64,000 nt of DNA. Origin: an uncultured Poribacteria bacterium (lineage in GTDB: Bacteria > Poribacteria > WGA-4E > WGA-3G). The translations under genes and the position numbers were made by a program. Positions 1-10,720 of the stretch are shown piece by piece (the stretch's first letter is position 1; every line of letters begins with the position of its first letter). Location of the stretch: positions 4,832,001 to 4,896,000 of the forward strand of contig OX638351.1 of assembly GCA_951813565.1 (NCBI GenBank), in the 5' to 3' direction. The notes beneath the pieces were generated by a model. It was given only the letters and a program-made list of their open reading frames with translations. It did no database searches and was not told the DNA's origin.

Positions 1-342
1 GTGAGTGGTGGCACAGATAATCACCTGATGTTGTTAGACTTGACTTCAAAATATGAAAAATTGAGTGGTAGACAGGCAGCGGATCACCTTGAAGATGCAG
101 GCATTATTGTCAATAAAAACAGTATCCCATTTGACAAAAGGAAACCGAAAACGACAAGCGGTATAAGACTTGGCACCCCTATGGTTACAACACGTGACAT
201 GAAAGAAGATGAGATGGTTCACATTGCTGATTTTATCACTGAGACACTTGAAAATAGACAGAAAGCATCTATTAAACGGCGAATCCGAGAAAAGGTCCAA
301 GAATTCTGTGGGCAATTTCCGATTTATGAATTTCTAAATTAG
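1..342 (+). CDS. glyA: Serine hydroxymethyltransferase, C-terminal part (gene starts before window)
   Basis: SGGTDNHLMLLDL, NKNSIPFD and SGIRLGTP motifs typical of the GlyA C-terminus. Confidence 0.95.
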   Translation: MSGGTDNHLMLLDLTSKYEKLSGRQAADHLEDAGIIVNKNSIPFDKRKPKTTSGIRLGTPMVTTRDMKEDEMVHIADFITETLENRQKASIKRRIREKVQEFCGQFPIYEFLN

Positions 343-458
343 GCTATGCCCATCCAATTTTGTGGTATAGAAGTCGAGAGTTGGAGCTCGCGACTACAAG
401 AAGAGGCCTTTGAAAAAAGTAAGAAACTATTGGAAAATTCAATGGCTTTAGGTACACT

Positions 459-1853
459 TTGTGTGCTGTAACCGATAATATCAAAAATTTGGACTACAAA
501 GCGGCACTCGACTATATTGAGCAGTTCATTGATTATGAAAGAAGTCCGGACTTTGCGCGTCAGGCACGATTCTACAATCTGAATCGCATCTCGCAGTTAT
601 TAGACCTTCTTGGTAATCCGCACGATAGATTAAAAGTGATCCATGTCGCAGGGAGTAAAGGAAAGGGATCAACCGCAGCACTCATCGCATCGGTACTAAC
701 ACATGCAGGCTATAAAACGGGTTTATTTACATCCCCACATCTTATTACACCGAGAGAACGGGGTCGTATTGATAATGAACTCATCTCAGAGACAGAAGTT
801 GCCTACTATATTGCAAAACTAAAACCCGCGATTGAAACCGTTTCTGCTTCCGAATTCGGACGTGTTTCGTTTTTTGAAATATACACTGCACTTGCTTTTA
901 CTTATTTTGCTGACAAAGCAACTGATTTTGCTGTGATTGAAGTCGGCTTAGGGGGACGACTTGACGCAACAAACGTTGTCTCACCCGTAACATCTGTTAT
1001 TACCCCAATTGGATTAGAACACACGACGATATTAGGAGAAACATACACCGAAATAGCGAGCGAAAAAGCAGAGATTATAAAACAGGGGTGTCCCGTAGCA
1101 CTTGCACCGCAACATCCTGACGCACGTGCTGTTATTGAAAAGGTAGCGAGTGAACGTAACGCACCGATTATTGAAGTCAAGAATTTTGTAGGGCGAGACC
1201 CTGATATTTCAGTTTCACAGATTGTTCTAAATTCCGAAGGCGGAACTGTTGCCCAGCAATTTGACGTTGAGACAGATTCAGAGTGTTATTCACAACTCAC
1301 GTTGCCACTACTTGGACACCATCAGTATGTAAATGGGACAACTGCCATCGCAGCAATTGAATGTCTAAAACAGAAAGGATATGTAATTTCGAAAGACAGT
1401 GTTTATGCGGGCTTTAAAAATGTGAATTGGTACGGACGGATTCAGCGAGTTATGTCCTCACCGCTTGTTGTGCTGGATGGTGCACATTCATCTATCTCAA
1501 TGGAAGCGTTATGTCGTGCTATTTGTGAAAATTTTCGTTACACTCAGGTGATTTTTATCGTTAGTATTATGAAAGATAAGGATTTAACCGCAATTGGCGA
1601 GATTATTTCAAAAACCGCTGATCACGTAATTGCAACACAAGTTTCCGATAACCCGCGTGTCCTGTCCGCAGAAACGATACAAAATACTTGGTCGGGTATA
1701 TGTCCGAAGATCACAACATGTCCAACCCCAAAAAAAGCAATTTCGACAGGTTTATCGTTAGCGTCACCAACGGATCTAATCTGTGTCACGGGTTCGCTTT
1801 ACCTTGTTGGAGAAACACTCAAATTTTTTAATTTGGAATACGAAAAAATATAA
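459..1853 (+). CDS. folC: Folylpolyglutamate synthase / dihydrofolate synthase
   Basis: HVAGSKGKGS P-loop, FTSPHL, EVGLGGRLDATN, LDGAH, TGSLYLVG; exact start uncertain. Confidence 0.93.
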   Translation: MCAVTDNIKNLDYKAALDYIEQFIDYERSPDFARQARFYNLNRISQLLDLLGNPHDRLKVIHVAGSKGKGSTAALIASVLTHAGYKTGLFTSPHLITPRERGRIDNELISETEVAYYIAKLKPAIETVSASEFGRVSFFEIYTALAFTYFADKATDFAVIEVGLGGRLDATNVVSPVTSVITPIGLEHTTILGETYTEIASEKAEIIKQGCPVALAPQHPDARAVIEKVASERNAPIIEVKNFVGRDPDISVSQIVLNSEGGTVAQQFDVETDSECYSQLTLPLLGHHQYVNGTTAIAAIECLKQKGYVISKDSVYAGFKNVNWYGRIQRVMSSPLVVLDGAHSSISMEALCRAICENFRYTQVIFIVSIMKDKDLTAIGEIISKTADHVIATQVSDNPRVLSAETIQNTWSGICPKITTCPTPKKAISTGLSLASPTDLICVTGSLYLVGETLKFFNLEYEKI

Positions 1854-1868
1854 AAAGAGAGGTTTTTA

Positions 1869-4238
1869 ATGCGTGAAATTATTTGCAAAAGACGGTGGCT
1901 AAATTGGAAGATATTTCTGGCATGTTTACCAGTTTTGAGTTTAGCCACCGTAGTTTTTGCCCAAACAGACTCTCCTCCTACCGTGCCAGATGTGCCTCCT
2001 ATATGGTGGATTGCACCAATTGGTGCGATTATCGCTTTAGGTTTTGCATTCCACTTCTATCGTGCAGTAATGAAACAGGACGAAGGGAATGAAACGATGC
2101 GTGAGATCGCGCAATCTGTCCGCGAAGGTGCGATGGCGTATCTTAGGCAACAATACAAAGTGGTCGGCATTGTTTTCGCTGTCCTCTGCCTTATCTTTAT
2201 CTTTATGGCTTTTGTCCTTGATGCCCAAAATAGGGTCGTCCCGTTTGCCTTTCTTACAGGCGGTTTTTTCTCAGGACTCTGCGGTTTCTTAGGTATGAAA
2301 ACAGCGACTAACGCATCCGCGCGTACTACAAGTGCGGCGATGCAGGGGCTTAATGCTGGGTTAAAAGTTTCGTTCCGCGCCGGTGCTGTCATGGGATTGA
2401 TCGTCGTTGGGTTTGCACTGCTTGACATCACCGGATGGTTTCTCATTCTTTATTATATTTTCCCAAAGGTATTACCTGGTTTTTTAGAAGTGAACCCGCT
2501 ACCGCAAATTACTGTGATTATGCTCAGTTTCGGTATGGGTGCTTCAACACAAGCACTGTTTGCCCGCGTCGGTGGCGGCATTTATACTAAAGCAGCCGAT
2601 GTTGGTGCGGACCTTGTCGGGAAAGTTGAAGCAGGAATACCGGAGGACGATCCGCGCAATCCTGCTGTCATTGCAGATAACGTTGGCGATAATGTCGGTG
2701 ATGTCGCAGGTATGGGTGCCGACCTCTACGAATCTTATGCAGGCTCAATCCTCGCGACAGCTGCACTTGGTGTTGCTGCTGTTGCTGCTAAAGACCATGA
2801 TAACCTTGCTCTTCAGCTGAAATACCTCTCTGCTCCAATGATTATTGCAGGTATCGGGGTGCTTCTCTCTATTTTAGGTATCTATTTGGTGCGGACAAAA
2901 GAGGGCGCGACAATGAAACAGTTGATGGGTTCCTTGAACCTCGGTATCAACGGTAGTGCTTTAGGTATTGCCGTTATAGCACTCCCTGTGCTGCTTTACC
3001 TTAATCTTCCCAATAAGTGGCAGATTTGGGGCGCAATTGTCACAGGGCTTGTCGCAGGATTAGTTATCGGCAAAGTCACGGAAATTTTTACCTCTCACGA
3101 ATATAAACCTACCCGTGCCATCGCAAAGCAAGCACAAACCGGCCCCGCAACAGTTATTATTGAAGGTGTTGCTGTTGGCATGGAATCAACTGCGATCCCT
3201 GTTATAACAATTATCGCTGCAGTTGCTATTAGTTACTATCTTCCCGGTGGCACAAGCGAACCGTTAATGGGACTTTACGGTGTCGGTATCGCGGCGGTCG
3301 GTATGCTGGCAACGCTTGGTATTACGCTTGCCACTGATGCTTACGGACCCATTGCAGACAACGCTGGTGGAAACGCTGAAATGGCGAAACTTGACGAAAG
3401 CGTCCGAGAACGTACAGATCAGTTAGACGCACTCGGTAATACGACTGCTGCAACCGGTAAAGGTTTTGCTATCGGTTCAGCAGCGCTGACCGCACTCGCG
3501 CTCTTGGCAGCCTATCTTGAAGAAATACGCTACGGACTAATCCACTTAGCAGGTAAAGATGTACTCGCTATCCCTGGCGAAGGTAATATTGACACGTTGA
3601 AAGTCACAGTAAGCCAATTCATGGATTACTATAACGTTACGCTGATGAACCCACAAGTTCTTATCGGTCTGTTTCTCGGTTCAGTAATGGCGTTCTACTT
3701 CTGTGCGTTGACGATGAAAGCTGTTGGACGAGCAGCAGGTGCTATGGTAGAAGAGGTACGCCGTCAATTTCGCGAAAAACCCGGCATTATGAAAGGCGAG
3801 GAGAAGCCGGATTACGCCCGATGTGTCGCTATCTCTACAGTTGGCGCGCAACGCGAGATGATCTTCCCTTCGCTAATTGCTATCGTTGTGCCTGTTGCTG
3901 TCGGTTTACTTTTTAATGTTGCTGGTGTGCTTGGATTGTTAGCAGGTGGATTGGCAACAGGCTTCGTTTTGGCGATCATGATGGCAAACGCTGGTGGTGC
4001 ATGGGACAACGCAAAAAAGTTTATTGAAGAAGGTAAACACAAAGATGAATACGGTGAAAAGGGCTCAGAACAGCACAAAGCCACGATTGTCGGTGATACC
4101 GTTGGCGATCCCTTCAAAGACACCTCAGGTCCTTCGCTTAATATCCTGATTAAGTTGATGTCTATGGTTTCTGTTGTGTTTGCGGGTCTCATTGCAAAAT
4201 ATGGTGACGCATTCAGCAAGTGGATCGGCATGCAGTAG
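1869..4238 (+). CDS. hppA: Membrane-bound K+-dependent ion-translocating pyrophosphatase
   Basis: DVGADLVGKVE, EDDPRN, DNVGDNVGD, GNTTAA, GDTVGDPFKD; many TM helices. Confidence 0.96.
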   Translation: MREIICKRRWLNWKIFLACLPVLSLATVVFAQTDSPPTVPDVPPIWWIAPIGAIIALGFAFHFYRAVMKQDEGNETMREIAQSVREGAMAYLRQQYKVVGIVFAVLCLIFIFMAFVLDAQNRVVPFAFLTGGFFSGLCGFLGMKTATNASARTTSAAMQGLNAGLKVSFRAGAVMGLIVVGFALLDITGWFLILYYIFPKVLPGFLEVNPLPQITVIMLSFGMGASTQALFARVGGGIYTKAADVGADLVGKVEAGIPEDDPRNPAVIADNVGDNVGDVAGMGADLYESYAGSILATAALGVAAVAAKDHDNLALQLKYLSAPMIIAGIGVLLSILGIYLVRTKEGATMKQLMGSLNLGINGSALGIAVIALPVLLYLNLPNKWQIWGAIVTGLVAGLVIGKVTEIFTSHEYKPTRAIAKQAQTGPATVIIEGVAVGMESTAIPVITIIAAVAISYYLPGGTSEPLMGLYGVGIAAVGMLATLGITLATDAYGPIADNAGGNAEMAKLDESVRERTDQLDALGNTTAATGKGFAIGSAALTALALLAAYLEEIRYGLIHLAGKDVLAIPGEGNIDTLKVTVSQFMDYYNVTLMNPQVLIGLFLGSVMAFYFCALTMKAVGRAAGAMVEEVRRQFREKPGIMKGEEKPDYARCVAISTVGAQREMIFPSLIAIVVPVAVGLLFNVAGVLGLLAGGLATGFVLAIMMANAGGAWDNAKKFIEEGKHKDEYGEKGSEQHKATIVGDTVGDPFKDTSGPSLNILIKLMSMVSVVFAGLIAKYGDAFSKWIGMQ

Positions 4239-4265
4239 TTGGCATCCCTAAAGGAGCAAGCAAAT

Positions 4266-4787
4266 ATGAAAATAAATAACACTTTCGGACTTTTCTTGGG
4301 TTTACTCGTCCTTTTCACAATAGGGTGTCAGCAGATACAGAATCAGATGAAGGTGGAACCTGATGGGACTACCGTATCTGTTTCAGTTGATGACGATATA
4401 CCTGACATAGAACCGTCCGTCGGTAAGGTTTTCATTGGTGATGCAGATGGAAGATTCGGTACAGATAAATATACCTTGAATACCACTTCAATAAACGGGG
4501 ATACGTTGACAATAAATGTATCCTATAGTGGTGGATGTGAAAAACATGAAATGACGCTCGTTGTGTCGGAATCATTTTTGGAATCTTTTCCTGTTCAACT
4601 CCATGTTTCCCTTGCACATAATGCTAACGGTGACACCTGTGAAGCATATCCAACTGAAGATTATCACTTTGATCTTACACCAATCAAAACTATGTATCAA
4701 GAGGCATACCAACAGGAAGCAGGGACAATTATTTTACGCCTCAAAGATGCTCCGAATGTAGAACTTCTTTATGAATTCACAATGTAA
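4266..4787 (+). CDS. Hypothetical lipoprotein (possibly NigD-like C-terminal domain)
   Basis: Signal peptide with lipobox TIGC after RBS AAGGAG; YSGGC...H...DTCEAY...FDL pattern. Confidence 0.6.
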   Translation: MKINNTFGLFLGLLVLFTIGCQQIQNQMKVEPDGTTVSVSVDDDIPDIEPSVGKVFIGDADGRFGTDKYTLNTTSINGDTLTINVSYSGGCEKHEMTLVVSESFLESFPVQLHVSLAHNANGDTCEAYPTEDYHFDLTPIKTMYQEAYQQEAGTIILRLKDAPNVELLYEFTM

Positions 4788-4877
4788 TAATAATTATCAA
4801 ATCTCGGCACTGTAGGGAAACCATTCCCTTGTTTCTACCTGTCGCTTCTTTAGCATTTTGTAGGAGAACATAGCCAA

Positions 4878-6557
4878 ATGTCCAATAAACTGAAACCCCG
4901 AAGTTATGTGATTACCGATGGACCCGACCGTGCTGCTGCCCGCACGATGCTTATGTTCGGCGATGGCGGACTGGCACCAGAGGACCTTGACAAACCGATT
5001 ATCGGGGTTGCTAATACATGGATTGAGATCGGACCTTGTAATTTCCATTTAAGACGACTCGCTGCTAAGGTTAAAGCCGGAATTCGCGATGCGGGTGGAA
5101 CACCTCTTGAATTCAATACCGTTAGCATCTCTGACGGTATCACAATGGGAACAGAGGGCATGAAAACCTCGCTTATCAGCCGAGAGATTGTTGCTGATTC
5201 AATTGAATTAGTCTCCATTGGTAACATGTTTGATGCTGTTGTCGCGCTGTGCGGATGCGACAAGACTGTCCCCGGCACTGTGATGGCGTTAGCACGTTTA
5301 GATATTCCATCGCTCACGCTTTACGGTGGTTCAATTATGCCGGGCAATTTTCAAGGACGTGATGTTACTATCCAAGACGTTTTCGAAGCAGTTGGTCAGC
5401 ATGCTGAAGGCACTATCACAGTAGAAGAATTGGACGATCTGATTAGCAAAGGATGTCCCGGTCCTGGTGCATGCGGCGGACAGTTCACCGCTAATACGAT
5501 GGCAACTGCAGTTGAAATGTTGGGTATTGCTCCGATGGGTAGCGGAAGCGTGCCTGCTGTGGCAGAGGAAAAGGACAACGAGGCGTATAAAGCGGGACAA
5601 CTCGTTATGGATATGCTCGCTGCTGATCGTCGTCCCAGTCAGATTATCACACGCAAATCTCTTGAAAACGCGATTGCCTCTGTTGCAGCAACTGGCGGTT
5701 CTACGAATGGTGTTTTGCACCTCCTCGCTATTGCACACGAAGCACAAATCCCGTTGACGCTTGAAGATTTCCACACTATTAGTCAAAGAACACCTGTATT
5801 AGCAGACCTAAAGCCCGGTGGACAGTTCGTTGCTACTGATCTGTATGAGGCAGGTGGGATTCAGTTCTTAGCGAAACGTCTGGCAGAAGCTGGATTGATT
5901 CATACCGATGAACTCACCGTTACAGGAAAGACCATTGGTGAAGAGGCGAACGCGGCGACTGAAGCTGAAGGTCAGAGAGTCGTTAGAGCAGTAGACGAAC
6001 CGCTCAAACCGACCGGTGGATTTGCTATCTTGAGAGGTAATCTTGCACCAGATGGATGTGTGATTAAGTTAGCTGGTCAGGACAAAACGCTTCATCGTGG
6101 TCCCGCGCGTATCTTTGAACGCGAAGAGGACACTTTCGCTGCCATCAAAGGTGGAGAAATAAAATCCGGTGATGTTATCGTTATCCGTTATGAGGGACCC
6201 GTCGGAGGCCCCGGTATGCGTGAGATGTTAGGCGTTACAGCAGCAATCGTCGGTGCAGGCTTAAGCGAAGATGTGGCACTGCTAACCGATGGTAGGTTCT
6301 CTGGTGCTACGCACGGGTTTATGATCTGCCATGTTGCACCTGAGGCAGCAAAAGGTGGTCCTATCGCTATCCTCCAAGAGGGTGACGAAATCGTAATTGA
6401 CGCTGAGGCACGCCGACTTGACGTTACGCTCTCCGATACTGAAATCCAAGCACGTTTTGAAAAATGGACTCCTCCCGAACCTCCCTATACACGCGGTGTC
6501 ATGGCGAAATATGCAAACGCTGTCTCTTCTGCCTCTGAAGGTGCTGTGACGGGATAA
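4878..6557 (+). CDS. ilvD: Dihydroxy-acid dehydratase
   Basis: [54 protein letters not shown]. Confidence 0.96.
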   Translation: MSNKLKPRSYVITDGPDRAAARTMLMFGDGGLAPEDLDKPIIGVANTWIEIGPCNFHLRRLAAKVKAGIRDAGGTPLEFNTVSISDGITMGTEGMKTSLISREIVADSIELVSIGNMFDAVVALCGCDKTVPGTVMALARLDIPSLTLYGGSIMPGNFQGRDVTIQDVFEAVGQHAEGTITVEELDDLISKGCPGPGACGGQFTANTMATAVEMLGIAPMGSGSVPAVAEEKDNEAYKAGQLVMDMLAADRRPSQIITRKSLENAIASVAATGGSTNGVLHLLAIAHEAQIPLTLEDFHTISQRTPVLADLKPGGQFVATDLYEAGGIQFLAKRLAEAGLIHTDELTVTGKTIGEEANAATEAEGQRVVRAVDEPLKPTGGFAILRGNLAPDGCVIKLAGQDKTLHRGPARIFEREEDTFAAIKGGEIKSGDVIVIRYEGPVGGPGMREMLGVTAAIVGAGLSEDVALLTDGRFSGATHGFMICHVAPEAAKGGPIAILQEGDEIVIDAEARRLDVTLSDTEIQARFEKWTPPEPPYTRGVMAKYANAVSSASEGAVTG

Positions 6558-6693
6558 AATCTGCCTTTTTCCAACCCATAGATATTCTATAGTGTCAGTT
6601 TAATCGTTCTTATACCATTTCTATAAAATAACATACTTTGGACAATTTTAGCTGTTTTCGTGAGGTTGGGTTAGAGAAAAACATATAGTTTTC

Positions 6694-6930
6694 ATATTGG
6701 ACACCTGTCGCCCCGCTGGGGCTGAAGCGGGTTGTTTACCGCGTTTCTATACACCTGTCGCCCCGCTGGGGCTGCCCAAAAGGTATTTTGGACGAGTTCT
6801 TTCAGCCAGCAAAATCGCAGAAAATATAAATAATATAAGATGACACCTTAGCCCCAGCGGGGCGACAGGTATATAGAAGAAGGTAATTGCCGCTGTCTAA
6901 AGCCCCAGCGGGGCGACAGGTGTCCAATAT
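6694..6930. repeat. Four-copy REP-like cluster (two direct plus two inverted copies)
   Basis: acacctgtcgccccgctggggct at 6701 and 6751; reverse complement at about 6850 and 6901. Confidence 0.9.
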
Positions 6931-7053
6931 TTTGCTTTGGACACCTAACAGTTTCTCAGCAAGTCCTCGAACAATATGTAAATTGTCCAAACTATAGTAT
7001 AAAATAACATACCTTTTAATAAATAGCTGGTTCGTAGTCGCGCAATTTATTGC

Positions 7054-7087
7054 CAAATCAACGCAGCATGCGCTTGTGGCATGCTGC
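7054..7087 (+). repeat. 34 bp AATCAAC-hairpin micro-element inserted into a REP-like repeat
   Basis: Removing caaatcaacgcagcatgcgcttgtggcatgctgc restores gtagtcgcgcaattYattgc|gcctc, seen uninterrupted near 50863 and 61870. Confidence 0.8.
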
Positions 7088-7548
7088 GCCTCGGACATTC
7101 TAATTCGAAAGGGAAATTCATTTATAGAATTGGTATTATTTATTGGGACAGGTTCTTATACTTGTCCCAACGTTGTTATACCAAATTAACAGGATTTATC
7201 CTATTTTCCGGGCGGTAGGTGCGGTTTCCTAACCGCACCATAAGCGTCAATTTAAGAAAAGTAATACCAATTCTAACGTGAGCTTGATAATTAGAATAAA
7301 TTTAGATGTCCGGTGGGTAGAGCGTAGCGAAACCCATAAATCAACGCCAAATGCGCGTGTGGCATTCAGCGGGACTGAAGAGCGTTTGACATATTCAGAA
7401 TATACCTAACAAGAAATTACCGAATTAAAAAATTAATCTTCATAAAGTTTGTGCTACAACTTCTATTGTCCATTATCTTTCCAAGATAAGTTTATCAAAG
7501 TGTCCCAATAATTTCAAAGTTCACTATAAATAACCCTGCAGGGAAAAC

Positions 7549-7577
7549 TTGCCTATTAAAGTATTTTACGTTATAAT
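7549..7577 (+). promoter_or_regulatory. Putative sigma70 promoter of the export operon
   Basis: TTGCCT-17bp-TATAAT upstream of 7645. Confidence 0.55.
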
Positions 7578-7644
7578 AAAAAATAAGAAGAACTTTTAGG
7601 CCACCCAATATCACACCGTCCAAAATCCATAGGAAGATAGAGAA

Positions 7645-8475
7645 ATGGCAAAACCTACCCTTTTTAACACCGATTTTTGCTCACATTTTAAGACAAATAA
7701 GGCACACAAGACAATACTGGGTTTGATAACATGTTGCTTCCTTATGTTCGTTATAACTGTCAACGTGTTCACAGCTGATCACGTAACTGCTTCCAATGTT
7801 GAAGAAATCATCAAACATATAGATCAACTCTATCGCAGTAAAACGAGTCATGCAGACATGGAGATGCATATTGTCACCCCACATTACGAACGAACATTAA
7901 AGATGTTAATTTGGACAAAGGGAACGGACAAAACTTTTATTCGAATTACCGCACCAAAGAAAGAACAAGGGGTCGCTACATTACGTATTGGAAACGAAAT
8001 GTGGAATTACCTGCCGAAAGTAAACAAAACGATGAAGATTTCGCCATCAATGGTGATGGGCTCGTGGATGGGGTCAGATTTCACAAATGACGATTTGGTC
8101 AAAGAATCGTCAATGCTTGACGATTATACATACCAACTGATTACACCAGAAGATGCATCTGCCGATTTGCTTTATGTTCAACTTATCCCTAAGGAGGACA
8201 CCTCAATCGTTTGGGGCAAAATTATTGCAGCAGTCCGAGCAACTGATTATATACCGGTGTGGCAGCATTTCTATGATGAAAAAGGGAAATTGATGCGTGT
8301 CTTAAATTTCAAAGAGATTAAAACGTTTGGCCGCAAAACTATTCCTTCTGTCATGGAGATGATTCCACAAAACAAAGGTGGACATAAAACGGTTGTTCGA
8401 TGGTTGAGTGCTACATTCGACTCAAACGTTGATGATAAAATCTTTACACGCAGAAATCTTCAAAAAAGAAGATAA
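7645..8475 (+). CDS. Outer-membrane lipoprotein-sorting (LolA-like) protein
   Basis: Signal peptide; MWNYLP, SWMGSDFTNDDL and FTRRNL motifs typical of this family. Confidence 0.8.
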   Translation: MAKPTLFNTDFCSHFKTNKAHKTILGLITCCFLMFVITVNVFTADHVTASNVEEIIKHIDQLYRSKTSHADMEMHIVTPHYERTLKMLIWTKGTDKTFIRITAPKKEQGVATLRIGNEMWNYLPKVNKTMKISPSMVMGSWMGSDFTNDDLVKESSMLDDYTYQLITPEDASADLLYVQLIPKEDTSIVWGKIIAAVRATDYIPVWQHFYDEKGKLMRVLNFKEIKTFGRKTIPSVMEMIPQNKGGHKTVVRWLSATFDSNVDDKIFTRRNLQKRR

Positions 8476-8499
8476 TCTGTTAACCATTAGGAATCCAAT

Positions 8500-9066
8500 A
8501 TGGGCTTTAGAATAAAACAAAATTCATCTCGAAAAATCAGAACGCACACATCTATCTACCTAACTTGCCTTATTTTAAGTCTAATATTTTGCACCTCAAT
8601 TCAAGCACAAGAGTCTACCCTAACTAAGAAATTCGGTATTGGATCTCAGGGAGCTACACCCGCATTTGGAGGCATTAGTTTTCGGTATAATGGACTGGCG
8701 CCCGTATACCTTCAAACCGTCGGACGTTTTATTCTCAATGATGAAGATGGAGACCACATGTTAGGTGCAGGCGTTTCGTATGCCATCTTTGAACACCGGG
8801 GCAAGTGGAACGAGGCACGACTTTATTTCACCTTAGAAGGCGGCTGGCGCTATAAAACACAGATGGATCTCCAGAAAGATATTACCAAAACTACGACTCT
8901 GGCAGCTGGAATCGCTTTTGGTGGTGAACTCGTTTTTTCACTTGGCGGGATTCCGCTCGGATTAAACATCGGGATCGGTCAAGGAATTGGAAGAGAGATC
9001 AACAGTTCTCAGACTAAAGGGCTTGCTGGTGTTTACGTAGGAGCGGGTATACATGCCTATTTTTAG
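8500..9066 (+). CDS. Hypothetical secreted protein, probable small outer-membrane beta-barrel
   Basis: Signal peptide (IQA-QE), Gly-rich amphipathic strands, C-terminal ...GIHAYF. Confidence 0.55.
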   Translation: MGFRIKQNSSRKIRTHTSIYLTCLILSLIFCTSIQAQESTLTKKFGIGSQGATPAFGGISFRYNGLAPVYLQTVGRFILNDEDGDHMLGAGVSYAIFEHRGKWNEARLYFTLEGGWRYKTQMDLQKDITKTTTLAAGIAFGGELVFSLGGIPLGLNIGIGQGIGREINSSQTKGLAGVYVGAGIHAYF

Positions 9067-10675
9067 GTCTTTTTCTTTGTACCTGTTTTCCATATTGGTT
9101 CTTTGCATGTCCCTATTGGGATGCTCAAAGATGCTTCGTAAAGATGTTAAACCAGTTTCCGTTATACCTTTCTCTTTTGAGCAGTACGAAATTGCCATCG
9201 GTACAGCGAAACACCAGCAAACCGTTTTGACAGGGTTTCTTTCAGGAGATTCTATCGCGGAACTCGCTGTAGTGAACATTGACGAAAACGGTGCACGTCA
9301 TTTACGTATCTATACGTTTAGTGAGGACACTTGGGTGTCGAAACTTGAGACAACGCTGCGTCCAGAAGTGTTGTTCGTTGACATCGCACATATTGGTGGA
9401 CGGGACAAACTCATCACCTACGAGCATGGTCGTTTAAACTGGTTCGATCCTGAATTGGTAAGGGAACACACACTAATAGAGATTACTACCAACTACAAAG
9501 CAATTGCTGCGGGTGAAATCCCTCATGTTGACATCACCCGAGACTTAAATGGAGACGGACTGGATGACATAATTGTCCCAGATATTGATGGTTTTTGGAT
9601 AGCGACACAATTGAACAGCGGTTCGTTCACCGATCCGGTAAAACTTGGACCTCCCGACCCCTTCCTTGATGAGACACCCATGGACGAGGCGCGCAGCTAC
9701 CGCGAGGTGGGGATAAACGCCTTGACGGTTCTCTGGTACCTGAGTCGTTTCCATCAGATGGATTACGATCAGGACGGGCGCACTGATCTTGTGTTCTGGA
9801 ACATTGACCATTTTGATGTTTATCGCCAAGATGAGCACGGAATGTTTTCTACAGTGCCCGAAACCTTCACTGTTGACGTGCCGTTTGATACGGATGGTGC
9901 CTACTCAATCGCCTTCGGATTCAGTGGTGAAAACATGTTTGCACTTATCTCTGGTTTCAGAGAAAACACCAAACGGAGAGTACTATATACATTCAGAGAT
10001 ATGAACGGTGACGGCGTGACGGATATGGTGGTCCTCGCATTAGAGGGGCGCAGTCTGGGAAAACAACGAAGCCTGTACGAAGTCCATTTCGGAACATCAC
10101 GTCTCAACAGTATAGTGTTCACGCCAGATGTTAATGTGACGATCCAACCGCGAGGTACTGCTGGAGGTTTACTGCCTTGGGGCTATTCGTCCCAATGGTT
10201 ACAGGATTTTGATGGAGATAGCAATATTGACATTCTGTTCAAGGACGTAAAAACCACTATCGGTGGGATGGCCCGAGCGATGGTCGGCAAATCCATCGCA
10301 ATAGATATCGAATTATATCACATGGAAAACGGTGTCTATCCCAAAAAGCCTGTTACCACGCATAAAATCAGACCGAACTTTGATCTGTTTGAGAAAAAAA
10401 GAGTTTTCTTCCCAGCAGTACTGTTAGGCGATGTGAACGGCGACAAACGCCCAGATTTACTAATAGGGAAAGACTGGAAAGAGATGCATGTCTTTCTCGG
10501 TATACCAGGACCGAAACTATTAGCACAGAAGCCCCAAACGGTGGCAGTGGCTATGCCTGAAGACGAGCGAAATATACAATTAGTACCTCTCAATAAAGAC
10601 AACAAACAGGATATCCTCATATACCACAAGTCTACCACCGAACCGCATCGAGTAACAGTGTTGGTCGCACGATAA
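9053..10675 (+). CDS. FG-GAP/VCBS-repeat lipoprotein
   Basis: Lipobox LLGC; repeated DLNGDGLDD, DYDQDGRTD, DMNGDGVTD, DFDGD, DVNGDKRPD. Confidence 0.8.
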   Translation: MPIFRSFSLYLFSILVLCMSLLGCSKMLRKDVKPVSVIPFSFEQYEIAIGTAKHQQTVLTGFLSGDSIAELAVVNIDENGARHLRIYTFSEDTWVSKLETTLRPEVLFVDIAHIGGRDKLITYEHGRLNWFDPELVREHTLIEITTNYKAIAAGEIPHVDITRDLNGDGLDDIIVPDIDGFWIATQLNSGSFTDPVKLGPPDPFLDETPMDEARSYREVGINALTVLWYLSRFHQMDYDQDGRTDLVFWNIDHFDVYRQDEHGMFSTVPETFTVDVPFDTDGAYSIAFGFSGENMFALISGFRENTKRRVLYTFRDMNGDGVTDMVVLALEGRSLGKQRSLYEVHFGTSRLNSIVFTPDVNVTIQPRGTAGGLLPWGYSSQWLQDFDGDSNIDILFKDVKTTIGGMARAMVGKSIAIDIELYHMENGVYPKKPVTTHKIRPNFDLFEKKRVFFPAVLLGDVNGDKRPDLLIGKDWKEMHVFLGIPGPKLLAQKPQTVAVAMPEDERNIQLVPLNKDNKQDILIYHKSTTEPHRVTVLVAR

Positions 10676-10720
10676 GCAAATCATCGGTTTACTTCTTAAG
10701 TAATCCATTTACCTACTACT

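Larger units (their letters stand above)
6613..7135. mobile_element. MITE with TACC...GGTA terminal inverted repeats and TTA target duplication
   Basis: taccatttcta at 6613 and tagaattggta ending 7135; TTA on both flanks; contains further repeats. Confidence 0.7.
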
